Source: Pirellula staleyi DSM 6068 (GTDB lineage: Bacteria > Planctomycetota > Planctomycetia > Pirellulales > Pirellulaceae). Taken from it: a DNA stretch of 32,000 bases. The stretch spans positions 390,001 through 422,000 of the forward strand of contig CP001848.1 of NCBI GenBank assembly GCA_000025185.1. The letters are read 5' to 3'. Positions 24,562-32,000 of this stretch are shown here, one piece after another. Numbering within the stretch: the first letter of the stretch is position 1; every line of letters starts with the position of its first letter. The notes under the pieces were generated by a model that saw only the letters and a program-made list of their open reading frames with translations, ran no database searches and was not told the DNA's origin. A program made the translations under genes and the position numbers.

Positions 24562-25023
24562 ATGAATGCTATGACGCCTACTCACGGATCACTACCGCTA
24601 CACCGACAGACTCGGCAATTCCTACCAGCATGGCTACTGCTGGCAACCTTGCTTGCCACTGGCTGCGACTCGGGTCCGGCAGTTTATCCCATTCATGGAA
24701 AACTGACGGTTTCCTCCGGTGATCCCTCGCCTCTGGCAGGTCACAGCATCGAGATCGTGAGTCGGGAAAACAATCAGATTCGATCGTTTGCCTCGATTAA
24801 CCCCGATGGAACCTTTGAGATCGAGTCGCTGATCGAAGGCAAACTTGTTAAAGGCGCCTTGCCTGGCGACTATGCCGGAAGAGTGATTTTTACAGACGAT
24901 CATCCGGCCCAGCGCCATCAAGCCATGCAACTTGTTCCTCCTAAGTATCTCAACATTGACTCTTCGAATCTCTCTTTAAAGGTTCCAAGCGATTCCGATA
25001 TTGAGTGGAACCTCGTTCCTTAA
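24562..25023 (+). CDS. Putative lipoprotein, small beta-sandwich (carboxypeptidase-regulatory-like) type
   Basis: A hydrophobic leader ends in LLATGC, which is lipobox-like. The mature part, VYPIHGKLTV...INPDGTFEIESL, resembles transthyretin/CarboxypepD_reg-like domains. It lies directly downstream of the DUF1559 gene. Confidence 0.65.
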   Translation: MNAMTPTHGSLPLHRQTRQFLPAWLLLATLLATGCDSGPAVYPIHGKLTVSSGDPSPLAGHSIEIVSRENNQIRSFASINPDGTFEIESLIEGKLVKGALPGDYAGRVIFTDDHPAQRHQAMQLVPPKYLNIDSSNLSLKVPSDSDIEWNLVP

Positions 25024-25163
25024 AGAAAACGTGCAGCGACAATCATCACTTCGAGACGAAGCAATGATCTCACGCAGCCCCACAATATGTTAAGCCACTG
25101 AAACATCTTTGTAGTATCAGCTCCTGAGCTACAGTTGCTGAGCTACCTCCAGGAATAAACACG

Positions 25164-27860
25164 ATGCTTGTTTCTCTAATATCCAAGTGCTCTCGAGTTG
25201 CACGGCGAAGAGCGGTACGCAACATCGAGATACTAGTAGCTGTTGCTATCAGCATGGCCTGCAGCGGCATCGCGCTCGCCATTGAAGCCCCCGAGGTCGA
25301 TCCACAAAAGATCGAGTTTTTCGAAAAGGAGGTTCGGCCGATCCTGGTGAGCAATTGCTACAACTGCCATTCGGCTGATAACAAAGCAGCTGGCGGGTTG
25401 CGTGTCGACGACCATCTGGGGCTGCTGGCGGGCGGTAGTAGTGGCCCGGCAATTGTCCCTGGCAAGCCTGATGAAAGCATTTTGATTCAGGCGATTCGCT
25501 ATGAGGGGTTTGAGATGCCCCCGAAGAAGCGACTCGCGGACGATGAAGTGGCTACTCTCGTGAAATGGGTGGCGGATGGTGCTGTATGGCCCGTCGAGCA
25601 GATTGCCACTTCGATCGGCAAACCGAACGAGCAATACGACAAACTAAAGACGGAGCACTGGGCTTGGCAGCCGCTGGCGCAAGCGAACGTCCCATCGGTT
25701 CAAAACACCGCTTGGCCTCGCACCGAGATTGACCACTTTATTCTCGCTAAGCTCGAAGCTGCCAACCTCAGTCCCGTCGAGGATGCGGACAAGCTGTCCC
25801 TCCTTCGACGCGTTACGTTCGACCTCACTGGACTTCCTCCCACACCTGAAGAAATCGATGCCTATGTCGCCGACGAATCGGCAAACGCCTTTGAGAAAGT
25901 GGTCGATCGACTCCTGTCTTCACCAGCCTATGGCGAGCGATGGGGCCGCCATTGGCTCGACATTGCCCGCTATGGCGAATCGACCGGTTCGGCTCGCAAC
26001 GTCCCTTATCCTCATGCCTGGCGCTACCGCGACTATGTCATCAAGTCGATCGGTGAAGACAAACCCTACGATCAGTTCCTAAAGGAGCAAATTGCCGGTG
26101 ACTTGTTGCCCGCAATCTCCCCAACGCAGAAGGCGGAGCAACTCACGGCGACAGGTTTTCTGGCACTTGGCGTGAAGGATGTGAATCAACGCTTTAAAGT
26201 TCGCTTCATCATGGACAACGTCGATGAACAGATCGACACAGTGACACGAAGCGTGCTCGGACTTACTGTCAGCTGTGCTCGTTGCCACGATCATAAGTTC
26301 GATCCGATTCCCACAGCCGACTACTATGCGCTGGCCGGCATTTTCACCAGCACCGATTTGTGTGCCGGCGTGCGAAACAAAATGGGTGGCGGCGGATTGG
26401 ACTACTACGACTCGGCGATGCTTATTCAAGTGGGCGTAGCGACTGGCGAGAAGGCCCATGTCACGGCTCAAGTGGAAGAGCTTCAGGCAAAAGTCGAAGC
26501 GGCTAAGTCTGAATTCGAACGGCTGCGTGACTCAGCTGAAGGAGAAGAAAAAGCTCCCAACGGTCGCCCCAAACGCCAAGTGGCGCGACAGAAGCTCAAT
26601 CGGCTTCAGCAAGAACTTTTGGCGCTCACCGATCCGGCAACTCAGGTCGATGTCGCCCACGGTGTCCGCGACGCCAAGCAGATTGCCGACACGCAAGTGC
26701 GCATCCGCGGCGAAGCTGAACGGATCGGACCGGTCGTCCCACGTGGTTTTCTGTCCCTCGTGAATGTTCCAGATGCTCGCCCTATGAACACCTCGCAGAG
26801 TGGCCGCTTGGAACTCGCCGAGTGGCTCACCAGCAGTCAGAATCCGCTCACCTCGCGAGTGATTGCCAATCGAGTGTGGCACTACTTGCTTGGCAAGGGA
26901 TTGGTGCAAAGCGTCGACAACTTTGGTGTGACGGGCGACACACCTTCGCATCCTGAATTGCTCGACCATCTTGCTGCGAAGTTCGTTGCTGATGGGTGGT
27001 CGCTCAAGAAGGCAATTCGAAGCGTCGTCCTCTCGCGTGCTTATCAGCTTAGCGCTGCTGCGGGCGATTCGCAGATGAGTGTCGACCCAGCCAACAGGCT
27101 CGTTTGGCGTCATTCGCCTCGTCGACTTGAAGCGGAAGAACTGCGCGACGCGATGCTCGCCGTCGCCAGTTCGCTTGACGTCAAGAATCCAGGGGCGTCG
27201 CCAGCAGCAGAGCTCAAGATGATGGAGATTCGCAACAATGGACCTGAAGCTGCCAAACTTTCCGACCTCGCGCTGGCTAGCAAGCATCGCAGCATCTACT
27301 TGCCATTGGTACGAGGTATCGTTCCCACTTCTCTCGGCGTCTTCGACTTCGCAGAGCAAGGGATGGTAACTGGTTCGCGCGATGTCACCACGGTCTCGAC
27401 GCAGGCTCTTTACTTGCTTAACGATCCGCTCGTAAGGCGTCAATCGCTCGTGCTTGCCGATCAGTTGCTTGCCGATAGCACACTATCAGATGAAGCTCGA
27501 CTGTCTGTCGTCTATCGACGCACCCTTGGCCGCACTCCTTCGAGCGAGGAGCTTCTTCGAGCTACCGAGTTTCTCGATTCTTATGAGCAAGTCTGGCTCG
27601 CCGCAAAGAGCCAAGCTTCTGCCGACGCGCCGGAAGTTGCAGTCGATCAACCAGCAGAAACAACTGCCGATGCGGCGACTGCTAACACGAATGCTGCTGC
27701 TAACGCCACAGCAAATGCCATTGTCGATCCCGACAACGTCGATCAAACCGACCTGACGGTGCGAAACGATTCGGTCGAGGCTGCAACTAGCAAATCAGCT
27801 GCTCTCGCAGCGTTCGTTCAAGCGATTTTTGGATCAGCTGAATTTCGCTACGTGAAATAG
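25164..27860 (+). CDS. PSCyt1/DUF1549(PSCyt2)/DUF1553(PSD1) protein
   Basis: FFEKEVRPILVSNCYNCHS is the PSCyt1 CxxCH motif. IDHFILAKLEAANLSP...LLRRVTFDLTGLPPTPEEI is DUF1549-like. CARCHDHKFDPI and RVIANRVWHYLLGKGLV...FG are DUF1553-like. Confidence 0.92.
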   Translation: MLVSLISKCSRVARRRAVRNIEILVAVAISMACSGIALAIEAPEVDPQKIEFFEKEVRPILVSNCYNCHSADNKAAGGLRVDDHLGLLAGGSSGPAIVPGKPDESILIQAIRYEGFEMPPKKRLADDEVATLVKWVADGAVWPVEQIATSIGKPNEQYDKLKTEHWAWQPLAQANVPSVQNTAWPRTEIDHFILAKLEAANLSPVEDADKLSLLRRVTFDLTGLPPTPEEIDAYVADESANAFEKVVDRLLSSPAYGERWGRHWLDIARYGESTGSARNVPYPHAWRYRDYVIKSIGEDKPYDQFLKEQIAGDLLPAISPTQKAEQLTATGFLALGVKDVNQRFKVRFIMDNVDEQIDTVTRSVLGLTVSCARCHDHKFDPIPTADYYALAGIFTSTDLCAGVRNKMGGGGLDYYDSAMLIQVGVATGEKAHVTAQVEELQAKVEAAKSEFERLRDSAEGEEKAPNGRPKRQVARQKLNRLQQELLALTDPATQVDVAHGVRDAKQIADTQVRIRGEAERIGPVVPRGFLSLVNVPDARPMNTSQSGRLELAEWLTSSQNPLTSRVIANRVWHYLLGKGLVQSVDNFGVTGDTPSHPELLDHLAAKFVADGWSLKKAIRSVVLSRAYQLSAAAGDSQMSVDPANRLVWRHSPRRLEAEELRDAMLAVASSLDVKNPGASPAAELKMMEIRNNGPEAAKLSDLALASKHRSIYLPLVRGIVPTSLGVFDFAEQGMVTGSRDVTTVSTQALYLLNDPLVRRQSLVLADQLLADSTLSDEARLSVVYRRTLGRTPSSEELLRATEFLDSYEQVWLAAKSQASADAPEVAVDQPAETTADAATANTNAAANATANAIVDPDNVDQTDLTVRNDSVEAATSKSAALAAFVQAIFGSAEFRYVK

Positions 27861-27897
27861 AGTTGCCGAATCAACCTCAACCTGATTGAAGCGAGGA

Positions 27898-27921
27898 GAA
27901 GCGACTTAGTGAAGTCGCTTC
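27898..27921 (+). other. Perfect 10-bp stem / 4-nt loop hairpin between the DUF1553 and DUF1501 genes
   Basis: GAAGCGACTT-agtg-AAGTCGCTTC starts 38 nt after the TAG at 27858-27860. It has no U-tract. The ORF-track GTG start at 27909 sits in its loop. Confidence 0.5.
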
Positions 27922-28001
27922 GACCACCAACCCCAACTACCGACACATCGCTCGGCTACAAAAAATGTCAGCTGCGCGATCATTTGCCAAGGATACCTTC
28001 C

Positions 28002-29405
28002 ATGCTGTCGCAATTCATCACTCAACATTCCAGCTTCCTCATCTCGCGTCGCGATGCACTGCGAAGCGCGGGGGCAGGCTTCGGCTATCTCGCACTAGCG
28101 GGACTGCTGGGAGCGAACGCCCCTCGACTTGCCTCGGGTAGCGAGCCACCTTCGGTCAATCCCGGGCCTCTTGCTCCGAAAGAGTCTCACTTTCCTGCGA
28201 AGGCGAAGCGCGTGATCTTCTTGTTCATGCAAGGCTGCATCTCGCAAATGGACACCTGGGAATACAAGCCCAAGCTGCAAGCCTCCGATGGTCAGGTTGG
28301 TCCTGGTGGCGGAACGCTCACCGCATCGAAATTCAAGTTTGCCCAGCATGGCGAAACGGGAACTTGGGTCAGTGAGCTGTTTCCAAATCTGGCCAAGCAG
28401 GTCGATAAGTTCTGTTTTCTACGCGGACTGCACACCGATACACCAGCGCACCCACAAGCGGTCATTCAACTTCACACCGGTGCTGCCATTGCGTCCCTCA
28501 CACGCCCTTCGATGGGGGCTTGGCTGACCTATGGACTTGGCACCGAAAATCAAGATCTTCCTGGCTACATCACCATCAATCCTCCACCGAACTTTGGCGG
28601 TGCAGTGAACTACGGTAGCGCATTCCTACCAGCGCATTACCAAGGGACAAAGATCAACGATCAAGGCTATGTGCCGAATCTCAAGGCGACAACGGCAAGC
28701 GACCTGCAGCGCCGACAGCTTGACCTGCTGCAGTCGATGAACAAAGACCTCGCCCGCGATCCAGCTGCCCCTACCGAACTCGATGGCGTGATCGAGTCGT
28801 ATGAACTGGCATTCAAGATGCAGGGAAAAGTGCCAGAATTACTCGACATTTCGCAAGAACCGCAGCATGTGCTCGATGCCTATGGTGTCAAGCCGGGACC
28901 CGCAGGAAGCTTTGCGCGACAATGCTTGATGGCCCGTCGCTTGAGCGAAGCGGGGGTGCGATTTGTGGAGATTTGCCAGCCAGGCTGGGATCATCACAAC
29001 AACTTGCATAAGGGGCTCATTAACGGCTGCGCGATGACCGATCAGCCCTCGGCCGCACTGCTGGCAGATCTCGAGCAACGCGGCTTGCTCGAAGATACGC
29101 TCGTGATTTATGGCAGCGAGTTTGGTCGACTTCCAACTTCGCAAGGAGTGGATGGTCGCGACCATAACATCACCGGCTACACCATGTGGCTCGCTGGCGC
29201 TGGAGTGAAAAAAGGATTCTCCTACGGAGCAACCGACGACGTGGGCATTCATGCGGTCGATGGCCGAATGCACACCAACGACTTCCACGCCACGCTGCTC
29301 GCGTTCTTGGGGCTCGACCACGAAAAACTGACGTACAAATACGCAGGTCGCAATTTCCGCCTCACCGATGTTGCCGGTCAGGTGGTGAAAGAGATTTTTG
29401 CCTAA
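28002..29405 (+). CDS. DUF1501 domain protein (sulfatase-like fold) with Tat signal
   Basis: I preferred ATG 28002, with AAGGA 8 nt upstream. It gives MLSQFITQHSSFLISRRDALRSAGAGFGYLALAG (twin-arginine). Family blocks are GWDHHNNL, GSEFGRLP...DGRDHN and NDFHATLLAFLGLDHEKLTY. Confidence 0.92.
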   Translation: MLSQFITQHSSFLISRRDALRSAGAGFGYLALAGLLGANAPRLASGSEPPSVNPGPLAPKESHFPAKAKRVIFLFMQGCISQMDTWEYKPKLQASDGQVGPGGGTLTASKFKFAQHGETGTWVSELFPNLAKQVDKFCFLRGLHTDTPAHPQAVIQLHTGAAIASLTRPSMGAWLTYGLGTENQDLPGYITINPPPNFGGAVNYGSAFLPAHYQGTKINDQGYVPNLKATTASDLQRRQLDLLQSMNKDLARDPAAPTELDGVIESYELAFKMQGKVPELLDISQEPQHVLDAYGVKPGPAGSFARQCLMARRLSEAGVRFVEICQPGWDHHNNLHKGLINGCAMTDQPSAALLADLEQRGLLEDTLVIYGSEFGRLPTSQGVDGRDHNITGYTMWLAGAGVKKGFSYGATDDVGIHAVDGRMHTNDFHATLLAFLGLDHEKLTYKYAGRNFRLTDVAGQVVKEIFA

Positions 29406-29456
29406 CTGGGTTCGCCGTTAAAACTCGGCTTTGTCGATCTCAACAGGTGTGGGACC

Positions 29457-31022
29457 TTACTCAAGAGCCCCCGCCTCGGCGGCGCTAATCAGCCCATCAT
29501 GATCGGCATCGAGCTCGTCGAATTTCGCCAGCGGTCCTACAAACTCACGACGGGAGACATCGCCGTCGTGATTCCGGTCCATGCCGCGATGCCACGTCGG
29601 CCGAGCAGTTTCGCGCGCCTCGAGCAGCGCTATTGGCTTTCCCAGGCTGGCGACTAGAAATAGCTTGCGCGGAAATTTGTCGAGCTGAATGGTCCCGTCG
29701 CGCAGCGATTTCGATTGCTCGACCACCTCGCTTAAGCGGCGCAGTTCGCGGCGCGAGAGGTCTCCATCGCAGTTGGTATCGAACTGGTTAAACAGGCTGC
29801 GGCCGGTGTCGATGATTGTCAGGAGTGCCAGTCCCTCGGCTATCTGGTGCTGAAGTGCGAGCCAGGCATCCCGTTCGCCTTCAGTCAACTCGCCATCGGC
29901 GTTGCGATCGAGTAGCGGAAATAGTGGATCGAGGGGAGGCGATGAGCGGGCCTCTTCGCGGTCGATTGCCTTGTTGCGCGTCGTATCGGCTCGCGCCCAA
30001 GCAGCAGCGATCCCTTTCTCGGCGTCGATCAGCACCTCGCCTAGGCGGCCTCGACTCACGCGTGCGTCGATCCAGCAATCGGTTGCGACAAGCGTTCCGC
30101 GCGGTGTTGGTGAAGAAGCATTGGGGGAGAGTTCGGCATTCCAGCGCAGTGGCGAGGGGAGGCTTCGCCACGCGGTAAGTTCAGCCGCTGTGAGCTGCGC
30201 ATCGCCATCGGTATCGAGCTGCTGATGGATCTCCGGTGAGAGACCACTTTCGGCTGCATCGAGCTTGGTGTCGCTCTGTTTGTCGCGGAGCGAGACCAGC
30301 AGCGCGGCCCAGTGCGTGTCCTGTAGATCGATCGGCAAAAGGAGCGTCGAGCGTGACGAGAACTCCTCCCGATCAGTCGCTGCATCGCGCGGTGGCAGCA
30401 TCCCGAGCGTCCCTGTCGCTCCGGGATACTCCCAATGACGAAGTAGTTCGCTCGACGAAAGAAGCTCATCGTCGTTGGTGTCGAGTTGCATCAGAGATGC
30501 TTCGATTCTCGCAAGTTCCGCTGAATCGAGCGAACCATCGCCACTGGTATCAAGTGCGCGGAGCATGGCGACATGTAGATCGTCCTGACGGTCCGAGTTT
30601 CCCATTCCCACAACGGATTGCCCCAAACCATGACGACGATAGTAAGCAGCCATCTCCAGCACGCTTACCTGGGCATCACGATTGGCGTCAATTTCCTCGA
30701 GTGAAACGTGACGGGTGGAGTTAGGGGTGAAATTTCCCCAGAGAATTTGTCGTAGCGCGAGGGGCGAAGGGAGCAGTGCCACTTCGTCGGCATCAAGCAT
30801 CCCATCCCCCGAGCGATCGCAGAACTGGTGCAGCTGATCGAACGACTCGTCCCAAATCGTGGTGAGACTCTTACCCTCCCAAGTGAGCTCAATCTCCAGC
30901 AGCTCAAGTGAGCTGGCAGATTGCACGACAAGCTGCACGCGCGAAGCGGTGACTGTTTTTTGATCAGCGGGCTGGGTGCCGACTAAGCAGAGGGCGAGCA
31001 GAGCGAGCATGGCGCCGTTCAT
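29457..31022 (-). CDS. Secreted protein with multiple EF-hand calcium-binding loops
   Basis: I chose ATG 31022 (MNGAMLALLALCLVGTQPA, a signal peptide); it overlaps the upstream stop as ATGA. There are ten DxDxDG-type 12-residue loops, for example DRSGDGMLDADE, DTSGDGSLDSAE, DRNADGELTEGE, DRNHDGDVSRRE and DADHDGLISAAE. Confidence 0.8.
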   Translation of the reverse strand: MNGAMLALLALCLVGTQPADQKTVTASRVQLVVQSASSLELLEIELTWEGKSLTTIWDESFDQLHQFCDRSGDGMLDADEVALLPSPLALRQILWGNFTPNSTRHVSLEEIDANRDAQVSVLEMAAYYRRHGLGQSVVGMGNSDRQDDLHVAMLRALDTSGDGSLDSAELARIEASLMQLDTNDDELLSSSELLRHWEYPGATGTLGMLPPRDAATDREEFSSRSTLLLPIDLQDTHWAALLVSLRDKQSDTKLDAAESGLSPEIHQQLDTDGDAQLTAAELTAWRSLPSPLRWNAELSPNASSPTPRGTLVATDCWIDARVSRGRLGEVLIDAEKGIAAAWARADTTRNKAIDREEARSSPPLDPLFPLLDRNADGELTEGERDAWLALQHQIAEGLALLTIIDTGRSLFNQFDTNCDGDLSRRELRRLSEVVEQSKSLRDGTIQLDKFPRKLFLVASLGKPIALLEARETARPTWHRGMDRNHDGDVSRREFVGPLAKFDELDADHDGLISAAEAGALE

Positions 31023-32000
31023 AACAGCTCCTTGATGAGGCGCGCTTCTGGATCGGCAATGCGAATCGGACGCCCGACGTTCGAAGCATTTTGCTTGCGC
31101 GGATCGATGCCGAGCGTGTGACAAATCGTGTGAATCAGATCGGGGACTCCCAGCGGCGCATCGGTGATTTCCATGCCGTCGGCGCTGGTCTTGCCGAGTG
31201 CTTGACCACCACGAATGCCACCACCTGCGAGAACGGTGCTCCACGATTTGGGCCAGTGATCCCGTCCACTGTTTTCGTTGATCTTGGGTGTGCGCCCGAA
31301 CTCTCCTTGCCAGACAACAAGGGTCGACTCCAGCAATCCACGGTCAGCTAGATCGTTTAGGAGTGCGGCGAAGGCGTTGTCGACGTTGCTCGAGAGCTGC
31401 GCGACCTGCTGAAAGTTATCGCGATGCGTATCCCAGCCATCGAGCGTCACTTCGACGAACGAAACACCGCGCTCGACAAGGCGACGTGCGAGCAAGCAAC
31501 CTTGCCCAAAGAGTGTGGTGCCATAAGCGGCGCGCGTTGCTGCGGACTCTTCCTCGAGCGCGAAAGCGCGACGTGCTGCGGGCTGCATCATCCGTAGCGC
31601 GCCAGCGGTTGCAGCTTCGATACCTCCGAGCACTTCACCTGTACGGCGCGCTGCTAAGGAGCGTTCCAGGTCGGCGAGCATAGCCAGCCGCGTTTGCTGC
31701 GAGGCATCGTCGAGCGATGGATGCGGCGCAAGATCGGCCACTTGCAAATCGGCCGGAACAATCGCCCGTTCTCCGACGAGCAGCGGCGCGGTGCTGGAGC
31801 CTAAAAAACCGCCACCCACCGTGCGCATCACGCGCGTTGGTGCCACGCTGATGAAGCGTGGCAAAGCCCCCTCCGCATCACCAATTTCATGACTAATCAA
31901 GGAGCCAAGAGCTGGAAACTGAATAGCCCCCTGCGGAGCATAGCCGGTACGCAGGAAAAACGATGCGCGCTCGTGGTCCCCTTCTTTCGAGGTCATCGAG
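31019..32000 (-). CDS. DUF1501 domain protein, C-terminal ~325 aa (5' end outside the window)
   Basis: The frame stays open to the window edge. WDTHRDNF, GEFGRTPKINENSGRDHW and DLIHTICHTLGIDPRK parallel the blocks of 28002-29405. The Tat signal and first ~150 aa are missing. Confidence 0.9.
   Translation of the reverse strand, partial: SMTSKEGDHERASFFLRTGYAPQGAIQFPALGSLISHEIGDAEGALPRFISVAPTRVMRTVGGGFLGSSTAPLLVGERAIVPADLQVADLAPHPSLDDASQQTRLAMLADLERSLAARRTGEVLGGIEAATAGALRMMQPAARRAFALEEESAATRAAYGTTLFGQGCLLARRLVERGVSFVEVTLDGWDTHRDNFQQVAQLSSNVDNAFAALLNDLADRGLLESTLVVWQGEFGRTPKINENSGRDHWPKSWSTVLAGGGIRGGQALGKTSADGMEITDAPLGVPDLIHTICHTLGIDPRKQNASNVGRPIRIADPEARLIKELL

Noticed and set aside
25024-25163. 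An interrupted hairpin after the lipoprotein gene (ATCAT..CTTCG-aga-CGAAG..ATGAT, within about 25040-25070) as a terminator
   Set aside because: The stems are only 5 bp each, separated by a 2x2 internal loop, with no U-tract. This is too weak to call.
26532-27443. A 303-aa minus-strand ORF
   Set aside because: It is nested antisense within the DUF1549/DUF1553 gene, which has strong family motifs in the plus frame.
27909-28001. A GTG 27909 start for the DUF1501 gene
   Set aside because: The GTG lies in the loop of the 10-bp hairpin. The extension precedes the twin-arginine signal by 31 non-signal residues. ATG 28002 has an AAGGA SD.
31023-31244. A 74-codon Arg/His/Ser-rich N-terminal extension of the EF-hand ORF
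   Set aside because: It lies entirely within the upstream DUF1501 coding sequence in another frame. ATG 31022 yields a signal peptide and the common ATGA coupling.

Overview
This window looks like a Planctomycetota (Pirellulales-like) chromosomal segment. That placement is inferred from gene content only; no search was run. Most of it is taken up by four copies of a lineage-typical two-gene module. Each module pairs a large secreted protein carrying a CxxCH motif with a Tat-signal partner. Two modules are DUF1592/DUF1588/DUF1585-type plus DUF1552 (5283-7463/3904-5286 on the minus strand; 8331-11594/11598-13004 on the plus strand). They are divergent around a GntR-like regulator gene that has no canonical start codon. 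The other two are PSCyt1/DUF1549/DUF1553 plus DUF1501 (25164-27860/28002-29405 on plus; a partial DUF1501 at 31019-32000 on minus). Other genes are an ECF sigma factor translationally coupled to a 1172-aa Ser/Thr kinase with an anti-sigma-like HxxxCxxC N-terminus and DKNYY repeats, a prolyl oligopeptidase, a DUF1559 (H-X9-DG) pseudopilin-like protein with a small lipoprotein, and a secreted protein with ten EF-hand loops. The left edge is a rearrangement hotspot. It holds the 3' part of a large serine recombinase running into a tRNA-Pro-like 3' half, a 36-codon sulfatase stub, and an intact IS5-family element inserted into a small ORF. A decayed second IS5-like transposase lies at about 17.6-17.9 kb. 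The most unusual feature sits in a gene-poor stretch (20.6-23.6 kb). It is an orphan gene at 22185-22634 encoding a protein of about 145 aa with 34 cysteines, CCC runs, a C-terminal CCCCC and an internal tandem duplication. I could not assign it to any family from memory. No rRNA gene, intact tRNA gene or CRISPR array was seen.
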